From: Macrostomum lignano
Lineage: Eukaryota
Direction of reading: 5' to 3'
DNA: 64,000 nt
Assembly (NCBI GenBank): GCA_002269645.1
Contig: NIVC01000538.1
Location: forward strand, 310,001 to 374,000
The notes under the pieces were generated by a model. That model was not told the DNA's origin, did not search any database, and saw only the letters and a program-made list of their open reading frames with translations. A program made the translations under genes and the position numbers. This document shows positions 20,407 through 33,419 of the stretch, piece after piece (position 1 is the first letter of the stretch; each line of letters starts with the position of its first letter).

Positions 20407-21888
20407 TTAACGATACAGCACCGGATTCCCGTAATACGCTGGGGGCACACCCCGACGCTCGCGCAGTCTGCGCGGAGACACAGCTGGCGCCGCTGGAGCC
20501 ACCGGCGCGCATGGCGCAACTGGCGTTCCCGGCCCTACTACCCCATGCCGAGGCCCAACGGCAACTGGTGGCACAACATACGAGTAAAACTCTTCCTCCT
20601 CCTCAAGTTCCGGCTCTGTAGTCTCCGGCCCCGCGGGCTCCTGTCTGCACCCTGCCGGTTCAGGCGGATGCGCCGACCGGCGCTGCCCTGCCGTATGCCT
20701 ATTCATCAACCTGAACTGCTCAGGCCGCTCGGGAACTTTTCGCAAATTATTATAATGCACTATTTTGCTCTTTCCCTTATTGGCGTGCTTTATCCGGTAA
20801 TTTAAATCGGATATCTTCTCTATTACCCTTGCCGGCCCCTTCCAATTGCAATGGAACTTGGCTGCCTCCCCGGCCTGCAGTGCAGGTGAGTATTCTAGGA
20901 CGGCATCCCCAACTTCTATGGTCGGACCCCGCACCCTCGAGTCGTACAGCACTTTCTGTTTCCTCTGGTACTGCTGCAGGTTGGTCCGCACCTGCGAATG
21001 AGCCTCAGCCAGACTATTACCTAATGATTGAACATACGCCGGAGCACTGGCAGGAATGGACTCAGGCAAGGTTCCGATGTCCACTGGAAGCCGCATCTCC
21101 CTGGCGTACAGCATGTAGTACGGGGTGTACCCCGTGCCCCTGTGGACACTGCTACGGTACGCCATGAGAGACGGGTGGATCAGATCCTCCCAGTCTCCCT
21201 CGCCAACCGACTCACTCATCCGGCACTTTATCATCGACTTCAATGTCTTATTGAAACTCTCGGCCTGACCATCAGCCATCGGGTGATAGGAAGACGTTCT
21301 GCATTTCTTGACTGCAAGCAGCTGACACAACTGCTTCATCAAAGCCGACTCAAAATTGGTGCCCTTATCGGTGACTAGGAATTCAGGACAACCAAAGTGC
21401 GTAATCCAGTGATCAAAAATCGCTCGCGCCACCGTCGGGGCTCGCTGATTGGACAAGGGCACAGCCACCGGCCACTTAGTAAAAGAATCCTGGATTGTCA
21501 GCACGAATCGATTGCCACCTCTGGACTTGGGCAGCGGCCCGACAATGTCACTCATGATTCTCTAGAAAGCTCCTTCTGAGCAGATTGGCTGCAGAGGCGC
21601 CCGGTTGCCGCGCCCAGGCTTCGCCTTCGCGCAGTGGACACAGCTCCGGCAATACTCTTCCACGGAACGATTCAGTCCTGGCCACCAGTATCTCGCCTTC
21701 ACCTTCTCTTGTGTCTTCCCAACCCCAAGGTGCCCTCCTGCAACCCCATCATGAAGCTCACTGAGCACTTTTGGCAGCAAAGCTGGCGGCAGCAAGATCT
21801 TTTTCGGGCACCCACGCCCGGGACTCTGAAAATACAACAGATCAGACTCTACTCTTATCAGCTGCCGTTGTGCCCACAGCACACGCAC
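20407..21888 (-). pseudogene. Gypsy integrase (frameshift near 21560)
   Basis: LHDGVAGGHLG...CRSCVHC; DIVGPLPKS; TDKGTNFES; YHPMADGQAESFN; GPY/F-like tail. Confidence 0.9.
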
Positions 21889-23909
21889 GCTCCTCCCACG
21901 ACATCACTCTAGGCGCATTGGGACTCGAACCCGGGTCCAGGGCATAGGAGCGGACAGCTACAAGCTTCTTCTCGGCCACTTGCGCCTGCTGGACTTCCTT
22001 CAGGGACAGCTCACTGCCAAACACCGCGTTCACTACTGGCACATTCTCGCTGAACTGGCAGCTGGGGCAGCTCTCATGGCCAGCGTGTTTTCGGTACTTG
22101 CGAGACAGCGAATCAGCGTTGCCGTGCTCCTTGCCTGGCCTGTGAATGATCTTAAAGTCGAAGTTCTGGAGCGACTCAAGCCACCGTGCGCACTGACCCT
22201 CTACGTCCTTCAGACTGGCTAGCCACTGCAAAGCTTTGTGGTCTGAACGAACAGTGAACTTTCTACCTAACAAATAGTACCTATATTTTTTGACGAAGTG
22301 CACGACGGCAAGCAGCTCTAACCTGGTGGTGCAATAATTTTTCTCCGCCGCATGAATCATCCTAGACCCGTAAGCGATCACCTTCTCACGGCCATCTGCC
22401 TGACGCTGTGACAGGACGGCTCCCAGCCCGACGCGCGAACTGGCGTCCGTGTCGAGGATGAACTCCCCGGCACCAGGCGAAAAATCCGGGAATGTCATCA
22501 CATTCGGTGAGCACAAAGCGTCCTTCAGCCTGCGGAACGAGCTCTCCTCCTCAGTACCCCACTCAAACTTCACTCCGTCTGCGGTTAACCTATACAGCGG
22601 CGCAGCAATCTCCGAAAACTGCGGGATAAATGACTGATAGTAGGCGCACGTACCCAGGAATGCCTGCACCTTCTTGGCACTACAAGGTCTCGGCCAATTC
22701 TGGATCTCCTCGCACTTGCTCGGGTCCGTCGCGATCCCCTCCCGAGGAACGATATGGCCCAGAAACTTTACCCGCTCTGCGAGGAACACACACTTGGCGG
22801 GCTTCATCTTGACATTGGCATCCCGCAGGCACCGGAAAACGTGTTCCAATCGCTCGAGATGCTGACCCACCGACTTGGCGAACACGACTATATCGTCAAA
22901 GTACACCAGGCACTCCTTCCAGTTAACCTCAGACAGGGCCATAGACATTAGCCTGGCGAACGTGGCGGGAGCATTGCGCAAGCCAAAACTCATGCACTTC
23001 CAAGCGAACTGACCCCTGTTGGGCACCACGAACGCCGTTTTCAACTGGTCCTTCGGCTCAATCGGGCACTGATGATAGCCGGAGGCCAAGTCCATCGTCG
23101 AGAAAACACAGTTCCCACCTAGCGCATCAAGCGTCTCGTCCATCCGCGGCAGTGGGTAAGGATCTGGCACTGTGACCTCGTTAAGGCGCCGATAGTCCAG
23201 ACACAACCTCAAGCTACCGTCGGCCTTTTTAACCGGCACGATCGGGCTCGCCCACGGAGAGTAGCAGGGATAGATGCGATCCTGCTGCAACAACTCATCA
23301 ACCTGCTTATCAATCTCCTCCTTCCAGTGCGGTGGAATCCTACGCGCGGGCTGACTTACTGGCTTGGCATTGTCGGTGTCAATCTCATGCGCCATCAAGT
23401 GTGACTGTCCCAACTCCGAGCTATCCCTGGCAAAGACATCACGATTCCGAGCCATAAGGAGCTCAAACTCGTGCTTCTCATCGCCCGTCAGGCCACATCC
23501 TCCCCACTCCTTGACGTCGCTGAGGGGGTTCCAATCGTCTCGGACACTCTCCACCGAGTTCACCTGCCACCCAGCTGGCTGCTGGGCCGCCACTGGAGAA
23601 AACCAACCAATTCGGCTTCCCTTCCTTAATGACAGACTGCGTCCTGACGTGTTCAACACCCTAACAGCCAAGCGACCGTCCCGATCAGGCATCTGTACCG
23701 ATCTGGCCACCATCTGCTCGTTACTCACTTTCCTCTCAGACTCCGCTATTCCTAGAAACTGAACCCCAGAGGGATTCCTTCTCTGCAACCTAACGTGGAC
23801 AACCTTCTCCTGACCTGCATTGAACTGCTCAGGCTGACTCAGCACCAGACGGCAAAGACGCGGCTTATCTGCTGACAAGCGAAACGGATGCACGCAGGAT
23901 GCAGTCTGC
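21842..23909 (-). CDS. Gypsy RT and RNase H (3' part of chimeric ORF 21842..24733)
   Basis: SPWASPIV, LRLCLDYRRLN, MDLASGYHQ, LVYFDDIVV, LDTDASS, TRLELLAVV, HGNADSLSR. Confidence 0.92.
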
Positions 23910-26900
23910 ACCTCCAGGACTCGAGCCAGAGGCCAGTGACCCCGAGGGCTGTCCGGACAGACATACAGCACGACGTCCCCGGGCTTGAGGTCGGGCTGCT
24001 CTCGCCGCCATTTGGTTCTCGCACCGAGGCCGGGCAGCCACTCTCGGAGCCATCGTCGCCAAAACGACTGCACCAGCTGCTGCACGTATCGCCACCGCTT
24101 GGTTGGGTTGAACACCTCGTCAGCCGAGATCTCCGGTGCCAGCTGTCCGCCAACGTGCCCGTACAGGAAGTGTGCTGGCGTCAGGACCGGATCGTCACCA
24201 GGATGGGACGACTGGTAGGTCAAAGGCCGTGAGTTCAGCAGCGACTCTGCTCCGGCAAATGCTGTTACAAGCTGCTCATCGCTGACTTCTGCCGATCTCA
24301 GGATCGCGTTTATCGCTCTCTTTGCTGATTTTATCATTGACTCATGCACGCCGCCGAAGTGCGGAGCCGCAGGCGGATTAAAGTGCCACTTGATCGGTCC
24401 GTGAGATGTGCGTGACTGCAATGCGTTCTTGTCCATCGACTTGCACAGCTCCTTTAGTTCTCTATCCGCACCAACAAAATTAGTTCCATTGTCTGAGAAG
24501 ATTTTCAGAACTTGACCTCGGCGACTGATCATGCGAAACAACGCGTTTAGAAAGCTGCTTGCATCAAGGCCGTACGCCATTTCTAAATGAACTGCACGCG
24601 TTGCCATACAAGTGAAGAGCGCAAGGTACCGCCCCCGACCCTGTTTCGTCAGGAATGGACCTCCGAAATCTATTGATACTTTCGTAAATGCTCTCAACGG
24701 TTCTAGCCGACTGGGAGGCAGTGGTGCCATCAACTGCGAAGCTGGCTGTGCCTTTCTTCTCCTGCACTCAGCACACTTGACTTCCCAAGCTCAGATGGCC
24801 TCTCGGGCAGCTGGGATCCAAAATCGAGCAGTGACTGCAGCAAGTACTTGATTGGTGCCCGCGTGATACGCTTTTTCGTGATGGTGCTTGATTATCAATT
24901 CTGTCACGTGATGGCACTTTGGCAAGATGATTGGTGATCTGATACTAACCGGCAATGCTTCGGCCAACTGTAGACGGCTCTCTGAGCGAAGAACGCCGCT
25001 AGGATCGAGTCTGGGATGCATTCTAGCCAGCTTGCTGCTCTCAGAAACGCTCTTGTTCTTCCTCAAGGCGGAAAGCTCCGTGCTGAATGCATCTTGCTGC
25101 ACATCCTTGATGATTCTTAACTCCGTGTCTTCCAGCTCCGACGCCTGCAGCTCTCCTCGAGTTCGGTACTGTGGTTCGAAGCGACAATTGTTGGCAAATC
25201 TGCTAATCCAGGCATTTACCCTCAGGAATTTCATCCAGCTGGAGAACCTGCTCGGATCGAGCCGCTCTACTTGATGCTTTCTTTGCTCGCTGGTGACCAT
25301 TGTTGCACACATGACCGCTTCGGACGGGACTGAATCTTTCGCCGAACCTTTCGTCTCCAGGTCTGCTGGTCGCTCCAACCTGGTACTTGGCCACTTGTAG
25401 TCGTCGTGATGTAAAAACTCTGGACCGTTTTTCCATTTCTGATCCTCGGCCAGCTGAGTTATCGTTGCGCCTCTTGACAGCAGATCAGCAGGATTGCACG
25501 CCGTTGGCACGTGTCTCCACTGGTTCGGATCAGTTGTCTGCTGGATTTCTCCGATGCGATTCGCAACGAACGGTTTAAAGAAGCGTCCTCTTCCACGAAT
25601 CCAAAACAGAACGTTCATGCTGTCCGACCAGAATACCGCATCCTTGATGTTCATCTCTAGTGCCTTGGCAATCTTGACCGCTAGATTCAGCCCAATGACC
25701 GCTGCCATCAGCTCCAGCCTCGGAATGATCATAGTTGCTATGGGTGCAACTCGAGACTTAGCAGCGATGAGCCGAACGGATATCGAGGCGTCGGTGTACT
25801 TGCATCGTAGATAACACACTGCTCTGTAGGCCTTCTCCGAAGCATCGACAAAGCAGTGAAGCTGAGACTTCGTAGGTACGCAAGAGAACTGCAGACAGCG
25901 ATAAACTCGAAAGCAGTTCAGCTTCGTCAGGTCAGCACACCATGCTTGAATCCTCCTTTGCAGAGCCTCGTCCGGCGCTTCATCCCAATCAAGGCCGCTG
26001 CACCAGAGCTCCTGCAGTAGTATCTTTGCCTGTGCAGTGAAAGGTGCTATCAGTCCGAGAGGATCGTACACTGAAGCCAATCTCTTTAGCAGATCCTCTT
26101 TGACTTGACTGGTCTCAGCTCGCTATCAGCAACAAAGGTGAATTCATCGTCCTCACTTTTCCAGACTACTCCAAGCGTCTTCGAAACTGGCAACGGCTGA
26201 CCATCCAGGCTCACCTCCGCGACTCTATCCTCTGGTGCTACACACGCAAGCAGTGCTCTTGAGTTTGAAATCCACTTCCTAGCGTGCATGCCAGCTCGCT
26301 CCCACAATTGGCTCAGCTCCTGATACAACTGAATAGCCTCTGAATCAGTCTTCTTCGAATCCAGGCAGTCATCCATGTAAGTTGACTGGAGCACCGTTTC
26401 TGCGGCCGCTGGAAACTCCTGCTTCAGCTTCTTCGCGTGCTCCTGAGTCACGAATTGCGCCAGAAATGGTGAGCTCGTTGCTCCAAAAACCACTCGGTTG
26501 AACTCGAATGTCTGTGGTACCTTTTTCGGATCCATGTCCCGCCACAGAAAGCTGTGCGCTGCCCGATCTTATGGTGCGATCGCGATTTGCAAGTACATTT
26601 CAGAAATGTCGCAAGCAACCGCCACTGGATGCCTCCTGGAGCGCAGGAGCACATCAACCAGATCTTTCTGAAGCTTCGGTCCTGCCAGCATCAGGCTATT
26701 CAACGACTCCTCCCCGCCAGCTGAAGCATCAAAGACGATGCGCACCTTGGTAGTTGCCTTATCCATCCAAACCACTGGGAAATGAGGGAGGTGATACCTG
26801 TTCGCTGGTTGTTGCTCATGCTTCAGTACTCTTCTGATGTAGCCAACATTTTCGTAGCGACTGATGACGTCCTGATACTGCTTTGCTAGATCTGGATCTT

Positions 26901-29316
26901 TGCGGAGCCTCTTCTCGGTATTTGCAAGCCGCCTGATAGCCATTTCAAAGTTGCTATCTTTAAACGTGACATCCGGTTTCCACGGAATGCCAACTTGGTA
27001 TCGCCCATCGACGAACTTTAGCGATGATCGAGTTCTTTCCAAAGCGAGCTGCTCTGCATTAGTAAATGAAGATGGTTCGATGCTTCTCACCTCTTCTACT
27101 TCCCAAAACTGGCGTAACAGTGGCGCTAGATTCTCAGACCCGCCTCGGCTGAAGAACGTGTTTGCGAACAACGCGTGCTCCGAAGCTCCATCCACTCTAC
27201 CGATACAAGTCCAACCTAAAGGTGTCAGCCGCGCTTGCGGATCTCCTGGGTTGCCGGTCACTTCCAACTGTGATGCATGCAAGTCTGGATGATCGACTCC
27301 AATCAGCAAGTCTGGTGTTGTTTTCCGCTGGTGTTTGCATTCTTGGAAACGGAATGTTTGCCAAGTGCGACCATTTCGACGCCAATTTTTTCCAATCTAC
27401 TACTTCCATATTCCCGGTCACTCTATCTACCGTCAGCGCAGTAATCTCCTTGCTTATTTGGCCGTCAGTACTCTCCAAGGTGCATGACACTGGTGCTGTT
27501 ATGAAGGTTTCCACCTGTCCGTTCAACACGTTTACCTGCATTGATTCCTGTTTGCCGTGCAGGCCAAACTTGGATGCTATCGCCGTATTCAAATAGGTCT
27601 TTGTGCTGGCGTCATCAAGTAAGGCATTGACCTTCACCGCTCGCCTATTCGCCTTAAGAATGACCGGAACCGTTCGAAGTGAAACCGCACTGGCTTCTCT
27701 AGCGACCATTGTCACGGTTGCAGCTTTCGGCTTCGACTGCATTTCTTGCTCAGCACCGGCTTTGACTTCTGACTTCTATTTCGATTCCGACCTTGCTGTC
27801 GAATGCAGCAGACGATGGTGGGATTTGGTGCATCCATCCACGCCGCACTTTCGACCTCGTCGGCAGTTCATACCGGTGTGACCATGGCCAAGACAGCGGA
27901 AACAAGCTTTGGCCTCCTGAGCAGCCTTCCATCGATTCTCAGATGACAGCTTCGCGAACGCCGGACACTTCCATAAACCGTGAGCCTCCTTGCAGACGAC
28001 ACAGGAGTAGCTCTCCTTGCTTGAGCTCTTGCTTAGCTGCGCTACATGGAAGGCTTTCTGCTTGCTGTCCTTTCTTGGTTGCTCCTGACTCGATGCGGCC
28101 ACCCCGTACACAATTTCTGCTGCCTCAGTCCGGAACTCTGCCTCACGCAAAACCCACTCTCGAAGGGTCCTAACGCCTTCTGTCTTCGCCTTCTCGAAGA
28201 TCCATCGACGAAATGCAGCGACCATCGGCTCTGGTAACTTTTTTTGCAATCTAGCATAAAGCAGTCCATCACTAAGTTCGGAGTTCTTACCAGCTTCTTC
28301 CAAATTAATTACAGCCACATTGAGGATGTTTACGAATTTCTTCAGCTCCTCGGCACTATTCTGCTTCACGGGTGGAAAACTATCTAGCTCCTCCAAGTAG
28401 TGCGCCAACTGTCGTCGCTTGCCGCCGTACTCACGCTCCAATCTCTCCTTGGCCGCCTGGTAGGCAGCAGCCGAATGACCCAAGTGCTCTATTACCTTCA
28501 GCGCTGATCCACGCAAGTACTGACGCAACTGCAGCAGTTTGAACTCTGGTGTTGCTGGAGCCCTGTCGATGCAAGCCATGAACGCTGCCTTCCACGCCTC
28601 GTACTGCTGTTTTTCCCCGTAGAAGGTAGGAATTTCAACTCGACGCAACATCTTCCAAAGGTCTTTTGACAGTTCGTGTTCCGTAGAACTCGCACCTTGA
28701 CTGCCGGCAGTTCCTCCCGCTAAGCTAGCTTGTTCTGCCTCGGGTCTACTGGCATGGTTCGGAGCAAACTCGTCGCTAAACTCACCATAGCCACCAATTT
28801 CCAAGTGTGGCTGTTGCTGCTGTTGTTGTGACTGGGCCTGCCTCGGATCTTCTGAGGTCTCGGGTGCGAGCCGCCGCTCCCAGGTCGCGGCTGCCACCTG
28901 AGGCACTTGCGCCGTTGCAGATGGTGACTGCTGAGTTGCTAGGAAACGCTGGACCTCTCGCATGCTGACGCGGTAGTCCTCCTCGACGGTTTCTATTTCA
29001 TCGAGCAGCCGAGAGTGCTGTGCTGCGTCGCTGTTCTTTCGTTGCAACTCGTCGCTCAACTCGTACAGCGCCTCGATTGTTCCCTCGAAGATCTAGGTTA
29101 CGACTTCGCATTGGTGCTGAATTTCGCTCTTGTCAGAACCATCTTGTAGTAGCCTGGCCAGTTTGTTTCGATTTTTTGTCAGCGCAGACTTAAACTTGGT
29201 CTTTTGTCGTCGCAAATCCCGCTTCTCTGGCTGTTCAGCCGATTTCGAATGTGTCTCCTCATCTCCTTGCATTCTGCTATGTTTGGCTAGCGTGGACAGA
29301 TCTCAACTTTAGTGAC

Positions 29317-29335
29317 AAACCACGCTCTGCTACCA
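29317..29335 (-). promoter_or_regulatory. Primer binding site complementary to initiator tRNA-Met
   Basis: + strand AAACCACGCTCTGCTACCA matches the 3' end pattern of eukaryotic tRNA-iMet (...CTCTGCTACCA). Confidence 0.8.
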
Positions 29336-29338
29336 AAA

Positions 29339-29612
29339 TGGTTGCTAGAATAACTCGAGATGAAAGACAAACTATATGCTGCGCTATTGAAACGATGAAA
29401 AAGGAAAATGCCTCTTGAGCTCTGGGTCGATATATTTAATGAGCTGAGTGAAAGCGTACAATACACGTCAGCGTAATGTGGGGTGGGGCGATCAGTGAAG
29501 AATGAAAGTGGTGCGGTCAATAATTAGGGACTGTACGTATGAGCAAAATAAATATGTTAGCCTAATTGAAAGTACATGTAGCTATTGCAAACGAAAAGTT
29601 TAAGAAATACCA
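29339..29612 (-). repeat. Putative 5' LTR of BEL element (274 bp)
   Basis: Lies 3 nt from the PBS, has TGGT...ACCA termini, and gypsy RT sequence resumes exactly at 29613. Confidence 0.6.
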
Positions 29613-30273
29613 CGAGACAGTGGCAGCTCCAGAACACGGAGGCTAAGTCCATCGTAGAGAAAACGTTTTTCCCGCCTAACGCATCTATAGTCTCATCCAT
29701 TTTCAGCGGCGAGTATGGGTCCGGCACTGTCACCTAGTTCTATTGCATCAGCACTCCCTCCACCATGCGAGCCGGCATTCGGACGCCCTTCAAGAACCGT
29801 TCCTTTGCAAGCTCATCGCGCTGCACAACTGGCAATACGCCTTCCTCATCAGTTTTCTCATCGAGTCTGCATACTCCTCCATCGCCTCTCCCACTTTCTG
29901 ATTTCGGCCTTGGAACTCGAGCTAGTAGTCTTGAGCGGTTCTATTCTGACTGAAACGCGCTTCAAGCTGCTCCAAGAAGTCTTCACACTCCAACTCGTCA
30001 TCCAACTACAAGTTCGCCACCGCTTTGAAGGCTGTTCCGAAACGTAACAGGCTAATCAAAGTCTGCTTTCGCTGATCCCCAGGAGCCTGCGCTGCCTCGC
30101 AACACACTGTGAATTGTTGCAGCCACATAGTGAAGTCTTAAGACGGTACGTACTTGTTGGGCCGCGGGACCCGCTGGGCTACATTCAACTGAATCTGGAG
30201 ACGAGCCGTCAGGGTATCGATTAGGTTGTCGACATTGGCCATGACTTGCGATAGCTTTTTTAACAACACAAAA

Positions 30274-30560
30274 ACAACAACAAGCCGCTGATCATAGCAC
30301 CGAGACCAACAACAGACCGCAGAACCTAGCACCCAGACAATAACAGGCCGCTAATCGTAGCACCTAAACAACAACAAGCCGCTGATCATAGCACCGAGAC
30401 CAACAACAGACCGCAGAACCTAGCACCCAGACAATAACAGGCCGCTAATCGTAGCACCTAAACAACAACAAGCCGCTGATCATAGCACCGAGACCAACAA
30501 CAGACCGCAGAACCTAGCACCCAGACAATAACAGGCCGCTGATCCTAGCACCAAGACAAC
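30274..30560. repeat. 3 x 94-bp higher-order repeat in gypsy 5' leader
   Basis: Period 94 (caagcc at 30281, 30375, 30469); each unit is three related ~31-bp subunits ending tagcacc. Confidence 0.85.
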
Positions 30561-30634
30561 AGGCCGCTAGTATTCACGCCGAGGCACATCAGGCTCACAC
30601 AGCATACAGTCACACAGACATGCAAATAACTGGG

Positions 30635-30652
30635 ATCCTGGTCACGGCACTA
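30635..30652 (-). promoter_or_regulatory. Primer binding site, tRNA-His type
   Basis: Minus strand TAGTGCCGTGACCAGGAT versus tRNA-His complement TGGTGCCGTGACTCGGAT, 2 nt from the LTR. Confidence 0.7.
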
Positions 30653-30654
30653 CT

Positions 30655-31327
30655 TGTTGTACCCCCCCCCCGGGATGGCCCCAGGTGCTGCAAATCCGGC
30701 TAGAGTATGCCTAGCTGGGAGACACCCGGGTCCCGCCTACGCCTGTCTCTAACGCTGCAAGAGTTCACAGTCGCTTCCGGCTGTCGAAAGTTCACCTGAC
30801 CGGCCCCTGAGTGCTGTGAGAGTTCACAGTCTCTTCCGGCTGGCGAAAGTTTGCTTTCCAGCCCCCGAATACTGCAAAAGTTCACAGTCGTCTTGATCCC
30901 CGCGCGGCACCCTAGAGAAGAGAGAGACTCACACCTGTATTTCGGCAGACTCCAACAACGCGCCGAGTAAACCGCGTACTGAACGTCACGTATTACATTT
31001 CTGCACTGCCACCAGCGGGCCAAGAAGGGCGATAGGGACAGAACGGGGGGTTGCGCGCATTAAATTGCAAGTTAAAAAGGGGAAGAGGGTAAACCAATAG
31101 ACAATAACCAAGTACATACCACCCTGCTGGACAGCCAATCACAAGCCGCCAGCCGGGGAGGGGTGAGCAAATTTGAGACGGCCCGCGCACGAGACCGGGG
31201 CTCTGGGCAGGCCGTAGGCCAGACTAGGGTGAGGCTTAAGCCCCCAAACCCCAGCCCAGCCCGACCCAGCGCGAGGGGGGGGAGGGTCGGGAAGGTGGAG
31301 CCCTCGCTGACGCAACACACCACAACA
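30655..31327 (-). repeat. 5' LTR (673 bp)
   Basis: TGTTGT/ACAACA termini, adjacent PBS. Confidence 0.75.
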
Positions 31328-31759
31328 AAAGAAAAAAATTCTTTACATTTCTAGTGCTTTTTAATTCTACGGGTAATTGTAAATTTTATTCCCCTCAAAT
31401 CGTGCTGTTACACACTTTCGCCATCGATGCCGCCAGCTAGTTTGTTAGCCGCCCTCTGCAGTGGTGCCTTGGCGCTCAGGGTGTCCCGATGCACCGCAGT
31501 CGCACTAGATACCATACCAGCTGCTTCGTCAGCTCACAGCTCTGCTTCCGTCTTTCCTTGATCTGGGCCTGTCTGGATTTGCAGACGGGATTTCAGGTTT
31601 GATAGGGCAATACTCGCAAGGGCTCACAAGCAAAGCTTTAAGTTTTAAATTGAATTAAGTCGCTAAGGAATCCAATTTTTATATCAAAACGTGATTTTTT
31701 GTCATTTCAGGAGTCCTCTGTGCCAATAATTTAGCAAATTTACCTGACAAAATCAGTGC

Positions 31760-32700
31760 TGCACACATTCGGTGTGGTTTTGGTGGTCTGCCATGAGCCG
31801 CTGCTGCTCCGCGGAGAGAATTTCGATAGGCCCATGGTTTCCAGCCACTGCCGAAACTTAGACTGTTGCGCTCTTCAGCAGCGGCGAATATCGTACTCGA
31901 TACTGATAGAAAAGTCTATCAAAAGAGTTGTATGGAAATACGATCGCCAGGTCGTCGTCCAGGTCAAGAACCCCTGATCCCTTATCCCTTCTACGGCCAT
32001 CAATCGTCAGATCGGTGACTGGGCTGATTCCCTTCACAGGGACAGATGGGCGGGCACCCAGAACTGCCGGCAATCACGCGCCGCGGTCCCGTGCCCCTCT
32101 CGCAGGCTCAGGAGCATCCTTCTGAACCAAAACCGGAAGGATATTCCCTCGTCATAACCCTTACCGGCGATGGCTACCTCGCCAGACACTGCTTCCTCTG
32201 AGGCGACCTCGAGAGTGAACTTTTCCCTTTTTGCGAATACAACAATGAAGATGCTCAGCACTTTGTCTGCCACTGCCCTTTCTTTACCACAGACCGGCTA
32301 CGTTACCTCGGGCCGAACCTGTCTATTCACGAGGTCTGCCAACCTGACAGCATCCTACGCTCCCACACGGCCGGTTTGCGGGCCTTCCAGGGGCTAGCGG
32401 AATGGGCGACCCTGTCTACGGACCATCCTGCAGCTAAGTCAAAGTCAAGTCGTACATGTATTTCGGGCGCTCCGCGAATCAGTCTCTAGGTCAGCAACTG
32501 CAATAACCAGTTCGGTGCAAGGCGTGACGCTGGCCCAAGCCGACCCGTGCTTCGAGCTGGATTTGTGCTTTTGCGTCTTCAGCGGCTTGTTGGGTGCTTC
32601 GAGCCAGCTCCGGGCGTCAGAGATGAGGCAGGACGAAGCCACACCTTGCTGGTTTGCATTGCCGTCTCCAAAACAAAAACCATGCCAAATAAACGGCAAG
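31760..32700 (-). pseudogene. Possible decayed hAT-type (ZnF-TTF) transposase fragment
   Basis: SWLEAPNKPLKTQKHKSSSKHGSA resembles the W...L.KH..S..H..A motif; the rest is weak. Confidence 0.25.
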
Positions 32701-33419
32701 GTATGCCACCTTCCTGTGCGGATTGGAATTAGATATGGTTATTTCTCTGGGCTTTCTCAGATTTTTGAACTAATCAAATTCGCAAATGCCACTTTGAATG
32801 CCAGTGCCATTTTTGAAATCTGTTAGTCTCGTTCGAGAAAGTGCAATCTAGAGGCAGGTTCGAACTTAAAAATATTAAACTAAAATACATTCTTAAGCTG
32901 ATTGAGTTGGCTTGGTGTCTTTAAATGTCTAATTATATTTTATTGGGGTCTGGTGCCATGCGTAGAAAGCATATAAAAAGTTATCAGATAACATACCGAT
33001 CTGATTTGACCAATATTCGTTTATCAGTAGCTTTTTACTCGTAGTGTATATTTTTTTACTGTGTGAACTTCTTGTTTAGTTTTTGAACAATTTTGAATAC
33101 CAATGCGAATATCAGTAAGGGAAACGATGTACATTAAATTAAAGTAGATAAATAAAACAAAAAATGACTCGATCCTGCCCTTTACTCTTAAAAACGCATA
33201 ATAAAACCCCAATTAAAACTGTTTTTGATTTTGAAAGAAACATGTTGGCCTTGCCGTGCTGGTTCTCAATTTCAAGAGTTCAAGTCACTTTAATTGGGTT
33301 TGTCGTTCGAAATGGGTTGAGATGTTCCCAGAAAAGTCTCTTTCGCCGAATTGTCCGAATAAAGCTCTTAATGTCTTTCGTCGAAGTGGACTTTTACTGT
33401 AACTGTAACTAGTCTAACT

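Larger units (their letters stand above)
17308..23909 (-). mobile_element. Ty3/gypsy element (5'-truncated) with extra ORF between integrase and 3' LTR
   Basis: RT, RH, IN, extra ORF, then PPT (agggggagga on minus, 18051-18060) and an LTR starting TGTTGGG at 18050. Confidence 0.85.
23909..29612 (-). mobile_element. BEL/Pao LTR retrotransposon, frameshifted, 3' end deleted
   Basis: Gag from ATG 29272 (FYGE..QYEAW, LRQYLRGSAL), CCHC knuckles, protease ALLDDASTKTY, RT (VRIVFDAS, YMDD), RNase H FVDASEKAY and TIPRLEL-like motif, integrase (IDFGGPF, SDNGTNF, HFGGVHESMIKS, RGHWPLARV). Confidence 0.93.
29613..31327 (-). mobile_element. Internally deleted gypsy element: 5' LTR, PBS, gag remnant, short RT piece interrupted by the BEL element
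   Basis: LTR TGTTGT...ACAACA 30655-31327; gag MANVDNLIDTL...DFTMWLQQF...FQGRNQKVGE; RT piece VTVPDPY...MDETIDALGGKNVFSTMDLAS at ~29640-29735. Confidence 0.8.

Noticed and set aside
30274-30560. CRISPR-like appearance of this and other arrays
   Set aside because: Units are head-to-tail without unique spacers, there are no cas genes, and the context is eukaryotic.
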